A program made the position numbers and the translations under genes. A model generated the notes under the pieces. The model had not been told where the DNA came from and ran no database searches. It saw only the letters and a program-made list of their open reading frames with translations. This document shows positions 29,873 through 39,156 of a DNA stretch of 64,000 nucleotides, in pieces; within the stretch, counting starts at the first letter, position 1; each line of letters begins with the position of its first letter. Origin of the DNA: Chloroflexota bacterium (GTDB lineage: Bacteria > Chloroflexota > Dehalococcoidia > DSTF01 > JACRBR01); the NCBI GenBank assembly GCA_028872875.1, contig JAGWOC010000005.1, positions 4,114 to 68,113 on the forward strand, written 5' to 3'.

Positions 29873-30487
29873 GTGAACTGCTACTCCTGCGACGCCGCGC
29901 CGGTCAACGTCTGCAAGCGTTGCGCCAGACCGTACTGCGAAGACCACGGCAACGCGCAGTACTGCGCCGACTGCCTGAAGCCGGCATCGGCGCTGCCATC
30001 ATTCAACCTGTACCGCGGCTCGCTGCTGGCGATGCTCGTCGGCACGGCGCTGGCCGTCGTGCTGATCGTGCGGCCGCCGGGCGAGACGAAGGGCGCGGCG
30101 CCGGTGATCGTCGGGCGCTCCAGCCCGACGGCGACGGCGTCATCGGGCACGCCGCAGCCGACGGTGCCGGCGGAGACGCCGCAGGCGACGGCGAGCGCGC
30201 AGGGCGGCGCCACGGCGGCAGCGGGGAGCACGACGCCGGAGAGCGGCACGCCATCGCCGGCCGCGACGGCGGGCGCCGGCGCGACGCCCGCGGCGACGCA
30301 ATCGCCCTTCATCGAGTATGTCGTGCAGTCGGGTGATTCCGTCGCGAGCATCGCGCAGAAGTACCTGGCGCCGGGCGATAGCATCGTCGCGTTCCAGAAC
30401 GCGATCATCAACCTCAACGGCCTCAGCGGCACAAACCCGGTCCTGCACCCGGGGCAGAAGCTGCTGCTCCCCAGGTCGGCGCCGTAG
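29873..30487 (+). CDS. Cys-rich zinc-finger, TM, Thr/Ala/Pro-rich linker, C-terminal LysM domain protein.
   Basis: 204 aa. N-terminal 'CYSCDAAPVNVCKRCARPYCEDHGNAQYCADC', one TM, a low-complexity linker, and LysM 'YVVQSGDSVASIAQKY...NLNGL'. Confidence 0.7.
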   Translation: MNCYSCDAAPVNVCKRCARPYCEDHGNAQYCADCLKPASALPSFNLYRGSLLAMLVGTALAVVLIVRPPGETKGAAPVIVGRSSPTATASSGTPQPTVPAETPQATASAQGGATAAAGSTTPESGTPSPAATAGAGATPAATQSPFIEYVVQSGDSVASIAQKYLAPGDSIVAFQNAIINLNGLSGTNPVLHPGQKLLLPRSAP

Positions 30488-30491
30488 GGCC

Positions 30492-30935
30492 GTGGACGAC
30501 CCGGTCGCCGCCGCCCGCGCATCGCTCCGGCGGGGCGCCCTGACCTACGGCGCGCTGCTCGTCGTCGATATCGCCGTCGCCGCCTACATCATCGAAGCGC
30601 GGGCGAGGGGCGCGGCGTTCGTGACGCTCTCGTTCGTCGTGGTGGTGGGTCTGCTGCTCGTCTACCAGGTGGCGCAGCACGTCCGCGACTTCGAGGCGCC
30701 GCTCGCCGAGACGGACGGGGTGGTCGTGCGGAAGTGGAAGCGCGCCGACCTGATCATCGCCATGGACAGCTACTACTTGACCGTCGGGCGCACGGTCTTC
30801 CGGCTGCGGCCGGAGGACTGGATCCACATCGACGAGCAGATGTACGTCAAGATCGTCCACTTCCCGCACACGCTGACGGTGGTCTCCGTGCACCCGATCG
30901 AGCGCCCGCCCGTGCCACCGCCGCCGCTGGCGTAG
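30492..30935 (+). CDS. Hypothetical two-TM membrane protein.
   Basis: 147 aa from a GTG. The track ORF begins earlier (30318), overlapping the previous gene in another frame. Hydrophobic helices 'ALLVVDIAVAAYII' and 'LSFVVVVGLLLVY'. Confidence 0.4.
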   Translation: MDDPVAAARASLRRGALTYGALLVVDIAVAAYIIEARARGAAFVTLSFVVVVGLLLVYQVAQHVRDFEAPLAETDGVVVRKWKRADLIIAMDSYYLTVGRTVFRLRPEDWIHIDEQMYVKIVHFPHTLTVVSVHPIERPPVPPPPLA

Positions 30936-31008
30936 CCGTGATCGCGCTCCCGCACCGTGCTAGGATTGCGGGCGGGCGAGGGCCCGCGCAGCAGAGGAGG
31001 AGTCCGGT

Positions 31009-31248
31009 ATGCGCCTGCTCACCACCGTCCTGGCCGCAACCGTCATCGCGCTCGCCAGCGGGCTGGCGGTCGCGGCCGCGGCCACGCCCGTGCCGGCGCA
31101 CGACGGCTCGCGTGTCGGCGTGCAGCTCGGCGTGCTGGGCGCGGCGGCGTTCACAGTGCTCGTCGTCGGCTCGGTCGCGTACCTCGTGCGCAGGCGGCTT
31201 GGGCTCGCGGCGCCGCCCTCCGAGCAGCCTCCGGAGGGGCACCACTAG
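31009..31248 (+). CDS. Small secreted/membrane protein (signal peptide plus one TM).
   Basis: 79 aa. RBS GAGGAGGAG. 'LAVAAAATPVPAHDG' followed by a TM 'AAAFTVLVVGSVAYLV'. Confidence 0.5.
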   Translation: MRLLTTVLAATVIALASGLAVAAAATPVPAHDGSRVGVQLGVLGAAAFTVLVVGSVAYLVRRRLGLAAPPSEQPPEGHH

Positions 31249-31287
31249 GCGGCTGCGAAGCGCGCGGATGTCCGGCGTTGCGTGCCC

Positions 31288-31350
31288 CTGCGGGGGACGG
31301 AGCTGAAGCTCCTTCGCTACGGCTGGGCGAGCGAAAGCTCCTTCGCTCCG
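31288..31350. repeat. Second copy of the REP-like double-hairpin element.
   Basis: CTGCGGGGGACGGAGCTGAAGCTCCTTCGCTACGGC plus a degenerate second unit (GAAAGCTCCTTCGCTCCGGC). Same family as 20516-20585. Confidence 0.6.
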
Positions 31351-31444
31351 GCTGTCGCGCACCTCGGCTGGCGTCCAGCGCCGCGCGCCGGGGCGTATAC
31401 TGGTTGACAGAGGGCAGGGTCGTCCGCACAATGAACACCATTCA

Positions 31445-33229
31445 GTGAAGCCCGTCACGGCGGCGGATGTGCACGCGAGCGAGGTGGATGTGACGGAGCG
31501 CGACCTGGGACTCCGCTATTGGACGCAGGGCCGTATCTCCCGCCGCCGCCTGCTCGGCGGCGTTGCCGTCGGCGGCGCTGCCGTGGCGGCGATCGGGCTC
31601 GTCGGTTGTACGAAGCAGTCGACATCGGCGCCGGTCGGCACGTCCTCGCCGGGGGCGCGGCCCACGACGACGGTGAACGACGGCACGCAGGACGGCCCGC
31701 CAACCCATCTCGGCGGCATCCTGCGCGTCCGCCAGGACCCGGTGATGCCGAACGTGGACCCGTTCGGCCCGGGGATCCTGGCGCTGATCCAGGGGCTGTT
31801 CCTGGGCTTCACCGTCTTCGACCACATGTGGTACGTGCCGACGGACACCGGCACGACGGAGCTGTTCCTGGCGACGAAGGTGGAACAGCCCGACCCGCTG
31901 ACGGTGATCGCGACGCTCGGCGACGCGACGTTCCACGACAAGCCGCCGGTGAATGGCCGCAAGGTGCTCGCCAGCGACGTCGCGGCGAGCTTCAAGCGGT
32001 TCCGCGAGGAGACGGGCATCGGCTTCGACTGGCTGCACGGCGTGATGGCGGACATCGTCGCGCCGGACGAGCGCACGGTGAAGATCACACAGAAGCGGCC
32101 GTGGGCGTGGGTCTTCACGTCATCGAACGCAGGCTCGCCGATCACGAGCTCGATCATGCCGGCGGAGATCCTGCACGGGCACGACGACCTGCTGCACCAG
32201 ACGGCGATCGGCTCGGGGCAGTGGGTGCTGCAGAGCCACGACAACGGGGCGAACCCGAAGCTGCGGAAGTTCCAGAACTTCCGCCAGTTCGCCGGGACGA
32301 AGTCGATCAAGGGCCAGCCGTACCTCGACGGCATCGACTTCAAGGTGGTGACGGACGACAACGCCGCGCTTGCGGCCTTCAAAGCCGGCGACCTCGATGC
32401 GATCGGCTTCGCGAGCAAGGACGACGCGGTGCAGACGCAGCAGCAGCTCGGGGACAAGATCGTCACCGGCAGCGACCTGGGCCGCGACTACGACTGCCTG
32501 ATGCTCAAGTATGAGCCGCCGTTCACCGATCCGCGCGTCCGCCACGCGTTCAACCTGCTGATCAACCGGGGTGAGGCGATCGACCTGCTGGAGCAGGGCA
32601 GCGGCCAGCGCTGCGGGCCGCTGCCGCCGGCGAACAAGCGCTACGTGCTGCCGGACAGCGACCCGGCGCTGCAGGAGTACTTCAAGCACGACGTCGCGGA
32701 GGCGAAGAAGCTGCTGGACGCGGCGGCATTCGACTACAACCAGACGCACGAGATGAAGTTCTCGAACCGGCCCGAGGACGCGAACCTGGCGGAGGTGCTG
32801 AAGGGGCAGTTCGCGAAGGGCGGGGTCAAGCTGAAGCTCACGCAGCAGGATCTCGTCCGCTGGCTCACGACCACGTTGAGCCAGAGCCAGTTCCACATGA
32901 CCTGCTTCCGCCAGCTCCCGTACGAGGACCCGGACCTGCCGCTGCGCTTCTTCCTGGGGGCGCAGGGCTTCGGCTCCAACTTCATGGGCTACGACGACCC
33001 GAAGGTCGATGCGGCGATCCTGGCGGCGGCGCAGGAGCTGGACGAGACGGCGCGCATCCAGAAGGTGATGGACGCCCAGCGGGCGATCATCAACGCCTGG
33101 GCGCCGATGCTGAACATCTACTCGCCGATCGGCTACGGCGGCCGCTACGCGTACGTGAAGGGCACGATCAGCGGCCGCGGCTCGTACGGGCTCTTCAACC
33201 GGACGACGTGGCTGGACAAGCCGGCGTGA
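31445..33229 (+). CDS. ABC transporter substrate-binding lipoprotein, family 5 (peptide/nickel/opine type), with a Tat-type signal.
   Basis: 594 aa. 'SRRRLLGGVAVGGAAVAAIGLVGC' gives a twin-arginine motif plus lipobox. SBP_bac_5-like body. Confidence 0.85.
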   Translation: MKPVTAADVHASEVDVTERDLGLRYWTQGRISRRRLLGGVAVGGAAVAAIGLVGCTKQSTSAPVGTSSPGARPTTTVNDGTQDGPPTHLGGILRVRQDPVMPNVDPFGPGILALIQGLFLGFTVFDHMWYVPTDTGTTELFLATKVEQPDPLTVIATLGDATFHDKPPVNGRKVLASDVAASFKRFREETGIGFDWLHGVMADIVAPDERTVKITQKRPWAWVFTSSNAGSPITSSIMPAEILHGHDDLLHQTAIGSGQWVLQSHDNGANPKLRKFQNFRQFAGTKSIKGQPYLDGIDFKVVTDDNAALAAFKAGDLDAIGFASKDDAVQTQQQLGDKIVTGSDLGRDYDCLMLKYEPPFTDPRVRHAFNLLINRGEAIDLLEQGSGQRCGPLPPANKRYVLPDSDPALQEYFKHDVAEAKKLLDAAAFDYNQTHEMKFSNRPEDANLAEVLKGQFAKGGVKLKLTQQDLVRWLTTTLSQSQFHMTCFRQLPYEDPDLPLRFFLGAQGFGSNFMGYDDPKVDAAILAAAQELDETARIQKVMDAQRAIINAWAPMLNIYSPIGYGGRYAYVKGTISGRGSYGLFNRTTWLDKPA

Positions 33230-33262
33230 GCGGGCGGGCTGGGCCGAAGGGCGGCTGAGGCG

Positions 33263-34213
33263 ATGTGGCGGTACGCGCTGCGCAGGCTGTCGTTCCTGCC
33301 GATCATCGTCTTCGCGGTCTCGCTGCTGACGTTCGTCATCCTGCGGGTGCTGCCGGGGCAGGACCCTGCGCTCGTCATTGCTGGCCAGGGTGCGACGAAG
33401 GCCCAGATCAGCCAGATCCACGCGCAGCTCGGCCTCGACCATCCGATCTGGCGCCAGTACGTGAACTGGGTGGGCGATGCGCTGCGGGGGGACTTCGGGA
33501 CGACGTACCAGAGCCAGGCGTCGATTCGGAGCGAGTTCGTGCGGCGGTTTCCGGCGAGCTTCGAGATCGTCTTCCTGAGCCTGGTCGTGAGCGCGATCAC
33601 GGGCATCACCTTCGGCATCCTCTCGGCGATGTACCGGAACAGCGTGCTGGACTACGCGGTGCGCGTCTTCGCGGTGTTCGGCGCGTCGATCCCGGAGTTC
33701 TTCCTGCTGACGCTGCTGATCATCATCCCGTCGTACCTGTTCAACTACTCGGCGCCGATCGGCGGCTACGTGTCGCCGCTGCACCACCCGTGGACGAACC
33801 TGCGCCTGTTCGTGCCGCCCGCGCTCGTGCTGGGGATCGGCGGCTCGGCGGCGCTGATGCGCCTGGTGCGAACGACGATGCTCGAGGTGTTGCGCAGCGA
33901 CTACATCCGCACGGCGCACGCCAAGGGGTTGAGCCAGCGGGCCGTGATCATCGGCCACGCGCTCCGCAACGCGGCGACGCCGATCGTGACGGCGCTGGGC
34001 ATGGCGTTCGTCGCCATCTTCGGCGGCTCGATCATCGCCGAGCAGATCATGAGCCTGCAGGGTGTCGGGCAGTGGTTCTTCGCCTCGACGGTGCTGCGCG
34101 ACCTGCCCGTTGTCCAGTTCCTGGCGGTGTACACGGCTACGGTCGTGATCATCGTGAACCTGATCGTCGACCTGTCGTACGCGGTGGTGGACCGGCGCGT
34201 GAGGTACAACTGA
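33263..34213 (+). CDS. ABC transporter permease (DppB/OppB-like).
   Basis: 316 aa, 6 TM. EAA-like loop 'YIRTAHAKGLSQRAVIIGHALRNA'. Confidence 0.9.
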   Translation: MWRYALRRLSFLPIIVFAVSLLTFVILRVLPGQDPALVIAGQGATKAQISQIHAQLGLDHPIWRQYVNWVGDALRGDFGTTYQSQASIRSEFVRRFPASFEIVFLSLVVSAITGITFGILSAMYRNSVLDYAVRVFAVFGASIPEFFLLTLLIIIPSYLFNYSAPIGGYVSPLHHPWTNLRLFVPPALVLGIGGSAALMRLVRTTMLEVLRSDYIRTAHAKGLSQRAVIIGHALRNAATPIVTALGMAFVAIFGGSIIAEQIMSLQGVGQWFFASTVLRDLPVVQFLAVYTATVVIIVNLIVDLSYAVVDRRVRYN

Positions 34214-35121
34214 TGGCCACGCTCGCCGAGCGCGGCATCGCGCCGGGCAGGGAGGCGTGGGAGTATCCGCGGGAGCGGCCGCTGTTGGCGCGGCTGGGGC
34301 GGCTCGCGGCGAAGAACCCGGTCGGTGCGGTCGCCCTGCTGATCGTGGTGGCGTTCTTCGTGCTCGGCGTAATCGGGCCGTACGTGGCCCCGTACGACCC
34401 GCAGGCGTTCGACCGCTACGCGCGGCTCCAGGGGCCCTCGGCGGCGCACTGGTTCGGCACGAACTCAAAGGGCCAGGACATCTTCAGCCGGGTGCTCGTC
34501 GGCGCCCGGGTGTCGATGACGTTCGGGCTGGTGATCATGTTCTTCGGGTTCATCCCGGGGGCGGTGCTGGGGATCATCTCGGGCTACGCGGGCCGCTGGC
34601 TCGATTACCTGATCCAGCGGTCGAGCGAGGCCTGGACGGCGTTTCCGCAACTGGTGCTGGTGCTGACCTTCCTGAGCGCGTTCGGGCCGGGGCTGCGCAA
34701 CGTGTCGATCGTGATCGCCATCGGCGCGCTGTTCGGCGGCTCGCGGCTGCTGCGCGCGCTGGCGATCGTCGAGAAGCACAAGGAGTACGTGGCGGCGGCG
34801 CGCTCGACCGGGGCGACGGAGTTCCGGGTCCTCTGGCGGCACGTGGTGCCGAACATCATGCCGTACATCCTGGTGGGGATCAGCAGCGTCTTCGCGGTGG
34901 CCGTGCTGGCCGAGGCGGTGCTGAGTTATCTCGGCCTGGGGCTGTCGCCCGGCACGCCAGGTTGGGGCATCGACCTCGCCTCCTCGCTGGGGAGCGCGCA
35001 GCACTACCCGTACCTGGTGATCTTCTACGGGGGCGCGATCAGCATCGTTGTGCTCGGCTTCAACCTGCTCGGCGACACGCTCCGCGACATCCTGGACCCG
35101 CGCCTGCGCGGCAGCCGCTGA
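34213..35121 (+). CDS. ABC transporter permease (DppC/OppC-like).
   Basis: 302 aa from MATLAERG (ATG overlaps the previous TGA). EAA-like 'YVAAARSTGATEFRVLWRHVVPN'. The track's 33265-35121 ORF is an alternate-frame artefact over the same DNA. Confidence 0.9.
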   Translation: MATLAERGIAPGREAWEYPRERPLLARLGRLAAKNPVGAVALLIVVAFFVLGVIGPYVAPYDPQAFDRYARLQGPSAAHWFGTNSKGQDIFSRVLVGARVSMTFGLVIMFFGFIPGAVLGIISGYAGRWLDYLIQRSSEAWTAFPQLVLVLTFLSAFGPGLRNVSIVIAIGALFGGSRLLRALAIVEKHKEYVAAARSTGATEFRVLWRHVVPNIMPYILVGISSVFAVAVLAEAVLSYLGLGLSPGTPGWGIDLASSLGSAQHYPYLVIFYGGAISIVVLGFNLLGDTLRDILDPRLRGSR

Positions 35122-35303
35122 CCTGTCGCCGGGAACTACCGCCCGCTACGCTGGATGGGATGACTGACGAGCGACGCGATCACGGTTGGACGGTGCAAGA
35201 TAGGAGCGGGCCCGTCCCGGCCGATCGGCGCGCAACCCGGCGCGGGCTGACGGGCCGCGCTCCCAGTGGGCGCGCACCTTGCCGCGCCGCGGCATAGCTG
35301 TCG

Positions 35304-36233
35304 ATGGCTGACGAGCGCTTCTACCCGCCGTTGAACTTCGCATCGCTCGACCCCGAGGACGCCGCCTTCGACCGGGCGCGCGCGGTCGTGCTGCCGGTGC
35401 CGTACGATTCGACGGTGACGGCGCGCGCGGGCGCCCGCGACGGGCCGCGGGCGATCATCGAGGCGTCGGCGGACATGGAGCTGTATGACGTTGCGCTCGG
35501 CAGCGAGCCGTGGCGGCACGGCATCCACACACTGCCGGAGCTGGCGCCGCACACCGGCTCGCCGGAGGCGATGATCGGCCGCATCGAGGAGGTCGTCGGG
35601 GAGCTGATCGACGCCGGCAAGTTCGTGGTGACGCTCGGCGGCGAGCACACGGTGGCGGTGGGCGCGGTGCGCGCCTACGCGAAGCGCCGGCCCGGGCTGT
35701 CGGTGCTGGCGTTCGACGCGCACTCCGACCTGCGGGACGCATACCTGGACTCGCGGTACAACCACGCCTGCACGCTGCGCCGCGCGCTCGAGGTCGCGCC
35801 GGTGACGCAGGTCGGGCTGCGCAGCGCCTCGGCCGAGGACGCGGCGCTGATCCGCGACCGGCACCTGGCGTTCTACACGCCGGCTACCTTCCGTGCCGCC
35901 GGCCCGCAAGAGGTCGTCGAGCGCCTCGGTGACGACGTGTACATCACGATCGACCTCGACTGCTTCGACCCGTCGGAGATGGCGGCGGTGGGCACGCCGG
36001 AGCCGGGCGGGCTGCACTGGGACGAAGTGACGGACCTGCTCGTGGCCGTGACGCAGGCGAGGCGGGTCGTCGGGTTCGACGTGACGGAGCTGTCGCCTTC
36101 GCTGGGCCCGCGTTCGTGCGCGCAGCAGGCGGCGAAGCTCGCGTACCGGCTGATCGGGCTGGCGCTGGACGGCCGGCCGTCCGCGGACAGCGCTTCACGC
36201 CGGTCCGCGAAGGGGACGTCCGGCGATGCCTGA
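35304..36233 (+). CDS. Ureohydrolase of the arginase/agmatinase/guanidino-acid hydrolase family.
   Basis: 309 aa. 'GGEHTVAVG', 'FDAHSDLRD' and 'ITIDLDCFDP' binuclear-Mn ligand motifs. Confidence 0.85.
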   Translation: MADERFYPPLNFASLDPEDAAFDRARAVVLPVPYDSTVTARAGARDGPRAIIEASADMELYDVALGSEPWRHGIHTLPELAPHTGSPEAMIGRIEEVVGELIDAGKFVVTLGGEHTVAVGAVRAYAKRRPGLSVLAFDAHSDLRDAYLDSRYNHACTLRRALEVAPVTQVGLRSASAEDAALIRDRHLAFYTPATFRAAGPQEVVERLGDDVYITIDLDCFDPSEMAAVGTPEPGGLHWDEVTDLLVAVTQARRVVGFDVTELSPSLGPRSCAQQAAKLAYRLIGLALDGRPSADSASRRSAKGTSGDA

Positions 36234-36612
36234 CGCGAAGGGGCGCCGCCAGGCCCGTCCGGGCAAGCGTCGCGGGCGCCAGCGCGTGCGCGCACGCCCG
36301 GAGCGCGGTGCCGCGCAGCGGGCCGCCACCGGGACGAGCGCTGCCGCACCGCCGGTGCAGCCGCGGCGTGCGGGAGCGAGTGCGCCGCCGCCTTCGCGCC
36401 TGCCGTCGCCGACGGCGCGCGCGACCGGATTCATGATCGCGCTCGTGACGGCGTTCCTGGCGGTGGTGATGATCAAGGATGCCGTGACGCACGCATCGGG
36501 CACTTCGGCGGTGATCCAGGTCGTCGGTGGCCTGCTGCTCGTGCTGCTCGCGCTGGCGGTCGGGGCGCTGGTGCTCGTGCCGGGGCGCGTGCGGGCGTTG
36601 TTCCGGCGGTAG
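36226..36612 (+). CDS. Hypothetical Arg-rich two-TM protein.
   Basis: 128 aa, overlapping the agmatinase stop (ATGCCTGA). Basic N-terminus plus 'FMIALVTAFLAVVMI' and 'VVGGLLLVLLALAVGALVLV'. Weak model. Confidence 0.35.
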   Translation: MPDAKGRRQARPGKRRGRQRVRARPERGAAQRAATGTSAAAPPVQPRRAGASAPPPSRLPSPTARATGFMIALVTAFLAVVMIKDAVTHASGTSAVIQVVGGLLLVLLALAVGALVLVPGRVRALFRR

Positions 36613-36684
36613 CCGGCAGAGATCGACCGGAGTACACGTGTGCGGGCGGGGCGGACAGGTCTGAAGACCAGTCCGTACGCGTGG

Positions 36685-37233
36685 TTAGGTGCCGCGCGCC
36701 ACGGCGGCGGCCCGGAGCGCGCGCACGTCGGCCAGGTGCTGGGCCTCGTGCTCGACCATGTGCTCGACCATCTGGCGGATGCTGACGCGGCCGCGCTCGA
36801 GGTGCTGGCCCGTGCGGGCCCAGTTCCAGTTGACGAGCGTCGTCAGCAGGAATACCGTCTGCGCGCGCTGATCCTCGAGCTCGCGCAGCATGTCGTCGAG
36901 CGGGCGGCTGAGGTACGCGTGGTCGCGCGCGTAGGCGTCCTGGTCCCATGGCTGGAGGACCGGGTCCGTCTGGGTCGACATCATGTACAGCCGCTTGTGG
37001 TCGACCTCGGCGGCGTCGCGCAGGTGGCCGACGATCTCCTTGATGCACCACGCCGGCGCGGCGTCCGGCTGGCCGGGCGCCGGGCGGTAGAGCGCCTCGG
37101 CCTCGCTGATCTGCGCGAGGGCGTCGCGCAGGTCGCCCGGCAGCGCGCGCAACGGCTCGACGAGGTCGAGATGGCCCGTCGTGCCGGGCTCATTGCGCGG
37201 GAAGATGAAGACGTTCGGGGTGTCGAGTGCCAT
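36685..37233 (-). CDS. DinB-family (DinB_2) metal-dependent protein.
   Basis: 182 aa from MALDTPNV. 'CIKEIVGHLRD' and 'MVEHMVEHEAQHL' histidine triad pattern. The track ORF extends upstream as an Arg-rich artefact over alr. Confidence 0.75.
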   Translation of the reverse strand: MALDTPNVFIFPRNEPGTTGHLDLVEPLRALPGDLRDALAQISEAEALYRPAPGQPDAAPAWCIKEIVGHLRDAAEVDHKRLYMMSTQTDPVLQPWDQDAYARDHAYLSRPLDDMLRELEDQRAQTVFLLTTLVNWNWARTGQHLERGRVSIRQMVEHMVEHEAQHLADVRALRAAAVARGT

Positions 37234-37244
37234 GGCTGTCTCCC

Positions 37245-38438
37245 TCAGCGCACCGGCGCAGGCGCCGCGATCGTCTGCGCGCCGCGATCGTTGAGCGTCG
37301 TCACGGCGACGGTGGTGCCGCCGCGCAGGTACAGGCGCGGCACGCGGGCGCTGATGCCCGCCAGGATCTCCCACGAGATCGTGTCCGCGAGCGCCGCGAG
37401 CTCGTCGGCGTCGATCGCCTCGTCGCCCTGCCGTCCCATGATAACGACTTCGTCGTCCGCGGCAACGCCGGCGATGCCGGTGACGTCGACCATGCACATG
37501 TCCATCGCGATGCGCCCGGCGATCGGCGCGCGGCGGCCGTGCAGCAGCACCTGGGCGCGGCCGGAGAGGGCGCGGCGCAGCCCGTCGGCGTAGCCGCACA
37601 TGACCAGCGCGATCGTCGAAGGCGCGCGCGCCTCCCACGCCCGGCCGTAACCGACCGTGTCGCCGGGCGCGAGGTCGATGAGGCGCGCGACGCGGCTCTT
37701 GAGCGCGAGCACCGGCCGCAGCTCGATGCCATCGCCGCAGCCCGGCGCCGGGTGATAGCCGTAGATGCCGATGCCCGCGCGCACGATGTCGAGCGCCATG
37801 TCCGGCGACGCGAGGACGCCGGCCGTCGGCGAGCAGTGGCGCAGGGGGATCCAGGGGAGCCGCCGCGATGCTTCGAGCAGCAGCTCGTACTGGCGCCGGG
37901 TGAAGGTCTGGTCGCCCTCCTCCGCCGCCGCGAAGTGCGTGTATAGCCCCTCGACCTCGATGCCAGGCAGGGCGCGGATGCTCTCGGCGAATGCGACCAG
38001 CTCATCAAGCGGCAGGCCGGAGCGGTTGAGGCCGCTCTCCAGCTCGACGTGTACCTTCTGCGTGATGCCGCGCCGCGTCGCGAACCGCGACAGCGCGAGC
38101 GCCGTCTGCATCGAGCAGACGGTGGGCGTGAGCCGCGCACCGACGATCGTCTCTGCTTCGGACGCCGGCGAGAAGCCGAGGATGAGGACGGGCGCGGCGA
38201 TGCCGGCGCGGCGCAGCTCTTCGCCTTCGTCCGCGCAGACGACGCAGAGGCCCGCGGCGCCCGCTTCGAGGGCGGCACCGGCAACGGCGGCGGCGCCGTG
38301 GCCGTAGGCGTTGGCCTTGACCACCGCGTAGAGACGGGCCGGGGCAGCCTGGGCGGCGAGGGTGCGGACGTTGTGCGTCAGCGCATCGAGGTCGATCTCG
38401 GCCCACACCGGGCGTCCGTGCCAGCGGGCGGCGTCCAT
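37245..38438 (-). CDS. alr: Alanine racemase.
   Basis: 397 aa. PLP-lysine motif 'AVVKANAYGHG'. Typical alr length. Confidence 0.95.
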   Translation of the reverse strand: MDAARWHGRPVWAEIDLDALTHNVRTLAAQAAPARLYAVVKANAYGHGAAAVAGAALEAGAAGLCVVCADEGEELRRAGIAAPVLILGFSPASEAETIVGARLTPTVCSMQTALALSRFATRRGITQKVHVELESGLNRSGLPLDELVAFAESIRALPGIEVEGLYTHFAAAEEGDQTFTRRQYELLLEASRRLPWIPLRHCSPTAGVLASPDMALDIVRAGIGIYGYHPAPGCGDGIELRPVLALKSRVARLIDLAPGDTVGYGRAWEARAPSTIALVMCGYADGLRRALSGRAQVLLHGRRAPIAGRIAMDMCMVDVTGIAGVAADDEVVIMGRQGDEAIDADELAALADTISWEILAGISARVPRLYLRGGTTVAVTTLNDRGAQTIAAPAPVR

Positions 38439-38526
38439 GCAGCCTAGGATACGTGACGGGGCGAGCGCCGGGAACCGTGGCTATGGGGAGCGCGCCGGCA
38501 TTTGTCAGCGCGGCGTCCCGGCGCTG

Positions 38527-39009
38527 TTACGGGACGAGGGCCCAGGCGTTGGGGAGGCGGTAGGTGAAGATGCTGCTGGTCATCCGCTCGCCATCGAAGA
38601 CGCGGCCGCGGCCGGTGCGGGTGATCTCCTTGTAGCCGTTCTGGAGCTGGATGATGCGGCGGTCGACGAGGTTGATGACGACGGCGCCGGCCTTGACGGG
38701 GCGCAGGCTGGCCTCGCGCGTGACCTCGTCGACGACGCGGAAGAGCGGGGACTCCTCGGGGCGGGCGTATTGGAGCGCGCTGTGGATAGCGTCGTAGCTG
38801 CCGGTGGCGTTGCGCTCATCGAACATGACGAGGCCGTTGGCGACGCGTTCGCGCAGGCCGCGGTAGTAGGGTTCGCTGCGTTCGAGCAGCTCATCGAGGT
38901 TGCGCGGGTCGGTGGCGCAAGCCTTGAGCAGCGCCGGCAGCGCTTCGCCGTGGGCGACGAAGCTGACGCCGCCCGAGCGGTCGATGATCGTCATGCGCAT
39001 CAGGTTCAT
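38527..39009 (-). CDS. Hypothetical protein.
   Basis: About 160 aa from MNLMRMTIIDRSGG. Divergent from the lytic transglycosylase gene. The track ORF extends further as Arg-rich sequence. Confidence 0.45.
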   Translation of the reverse strand: MNLMRMTIIDRSGGVSFVAHGEALPALLKACATDPRNLDELLERSEPYYRGLRERVANGLVMFDERNATGSYDAIHSALQYARPEESPLFRVVDEVTREASLRPVKAGAVVINLVDRRIIQLQNGYKEITRTGRGRVFDGERMTSSIFTYRLPNAWALVP

Positions 39010-39156
39010 GGGGGTGTTCACATTGCGACGGGCTGTACGGCGAGGGTACCATTCGGGCCGATCCCTGTCAAAATCGAGGTCGCTACGCGCAACGTCACGC
39101 GCTCCACCCGCCGGCCGCACCGCTCGCAGATCCTCGGGCTTGCCGCGGCGGCGCTC

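Noticed and set aside
32120-34468. 782-aa minus-strand ORF antisense to the SBP/permease genes.
   Set aside because: Arg/Asp/His-rich low complexity. It overlaps three well-supported transporter genes.
33265-35121. 618-aa plus-strand ORF spanning both ABC permease genes in a different frame.
   Set aside because: It is an alternate frame of 33263-34213. The authentic second permease (34213-35121) shares its frame only over the 3' part. The 5' part is Ala/Arg/Gly-rich, with no TM logic.
38362-39000. N-terminal 210-aa extension of the 999-aa track ORF.
   Set aside because: This part is antisense to alr and to the divergent hypothetical gene. Only the C-terminal roughly 735 aa show TPR/SLT features, so the gene was truncated to the first plausible start.
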